In this document: one piece after another, positions 62,507 to 64,000 of the stretch
Numbering within the stretch: the stretch's first letter is position 1
How the letters are laid out: the number at the start of each line of letters is the position of its first letter
Assembly (NCBI RefSeq): GCF_044704955.1
Contig: NC_091989.1
Location: 46,500,001-46,564,000 of the forward strand
Source of the DNA: Pristiophorus japonicus
Taxonomy: Eukaryota
DNA length: 64,000 nucleotides
Direction: 5' to 3'
Notes under the pieces: generated by a model
Seen by the model: only the letters and a program-made list of their open reading frames with translations
Told to the model about the DNA's origin: nothing
Databases searched by the model: none
Position numbers and translations under genes: made by a program

Positions 62507-64000
62507 AAGCTTTCATATACTTGTATCCTATAGTACAACTTCAGGGTCTTTATCCATTGAGCTATCAGATTAAAAGCAAGCATTATTACTCAACATAACA
62601 GCCCTGTAGATACAATAAGGACAAATTCTTGCACCCATGGATCATGCTGTGACTATAGCTGAAAAAAGGTTCAGATCCCTCCCTGACTGGTTAATGAGAT
62701 ATATTCTACCACTCAATCTACTGATCTGGTTAAAAAAAATATGCTGTTACCGTATAAAACAAAATACAACTGGCGAGATGGGCAAATGCCTTTTGTTTCA
62801 CCTACTTTATTGATTTTCAAACTAGTGTGCTTTTGGAGCCCCCTGCACATTTGATCCCACTTGCGGGCTCCAGAGATCCTTCCAATAGTACCATACACCC
62901 AGCAATTCCCTGTCCCGGCTTCTAAGACAGAGGTAGCTCTCCAAAAGAAAAGCAGTGAGAGATCATTGCTGGAAATTTTTATTAATTGCAAAATGCAACT
63001 GATGTAGTATGTAATATGTAGTAAGTGAAAAACAGAAAAAAAGGAATCTGATGACCTCTCATATCCCGTAGAATGTGGTGACTAGTTTGAATAACTAGGA
63101 CTTAAACAGGCAATGGCCCCAAAAGATCAATAGTCATTTCGATACAGAATGCAGTAATGGGAGGTAAGGTTTCAGCACATCAATTCCAGCAGAAGTGCAA
63201 TATCTTTGAAAATAAAACAATAGGTTCTAATGGATGGCTGAGGAACTAGATTCAAATCCCAGGTGATACAAAGAACCAAAATGGCATAATTTTCCTGATA
63301 CCTTTACTGAATCTAGATACAAAATAATCTCCAACTGAATTTCCCATAAGACGTTGCATGATTGCTACATATGCCGTCATAGGAAAATGACATGAGAGAT
63401 ACAGTAAAGAACTACATTTTTGACGGCCTTTTTTTTTATTCTCCCATCATTGTGAATAAATGCCATGTCTGTGTTTGGCCCTTGCTTCAAATAACTGGAG
63501 TAAAATTATTTACTTCTTGCAGAAGCCATATTCTACCTCCCACTCCATGACACATTATTGATACAGCAACACCATGTAGGTTGATCAACCTACATGAACA
63601 TTTTTTTCAAAGCCCCAATTATACAGAATAAAATAATAAGCTATTCATTCCTTCGTGATCTCTTTTAAAGCCTATTCTATTTCACTGCTAAACAAGACAT
63701 TTGCTTCATATTTCTAGGACAATTAGACAAAGCAATGGAAATCTATCACCTGAAAACTTTGCATTTCCCAGTTTCCAAACTTCAAACAATGATCACTCAC
63801 TGTTGGAAAGTTAGACAAAAATGTATTTACATGTATGCTAATTCATGTTGAAAGAAACAAGTATTTGAATCAAAGTTAATGAAATTATTTGCCACTACAT
63901 GCACTAGTTACAGTTTTAGTGCTGCATTAATCAATATCCCCACAAGAGGGTGCTCTTATCAGACTATCAGGAGAAGCCACAAGGTAATAATGGAATGCTG

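Overview
This is eukaryotic (vertebrate) genomic DNA. The repeat landscape suggests a cartilaginous fish, but that is an inference. The window lies inside a minus-strand TBC1D22B-like Rab-GAP gene, of which I could identify only two short coding exons (42385-42491 and 5632-5707), separated by an intron of about 36.7 kb. Most of the rest is transposon-derived. It includes CR1 LINEs (two young near-identical copies, one with an uninterrupted 850-aa reading frame, and one longer copy with an esterase ORF1), RTE-clade and L2 LINE fragments, and tRNA-type and Deu-domain SINEs. It also includes Penelope remnants with degenerate hammerhead cores, LTRs, two decayed two-gene PIF/Harbinger transposons, several Harbinger MITEs and a Tigger/pogo-type MITE. 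There is one 200-N gap. I found no convincing new protein-coding system. The most unusual signals are structural: (i) a chimeric MITE plus local duplication that looks like a double template switch to a locus 28 kb away; (ii) two RTE insertions with twin-priming-like 5' inversions; (iii) a multi-level nest of CR1, LTRs, Harbinger and RTE; and (iv) NRF1-like GCGCATGCGC motifs recurring at Harbinger ends. All identities and coordinates were read by eye; no database search was run.
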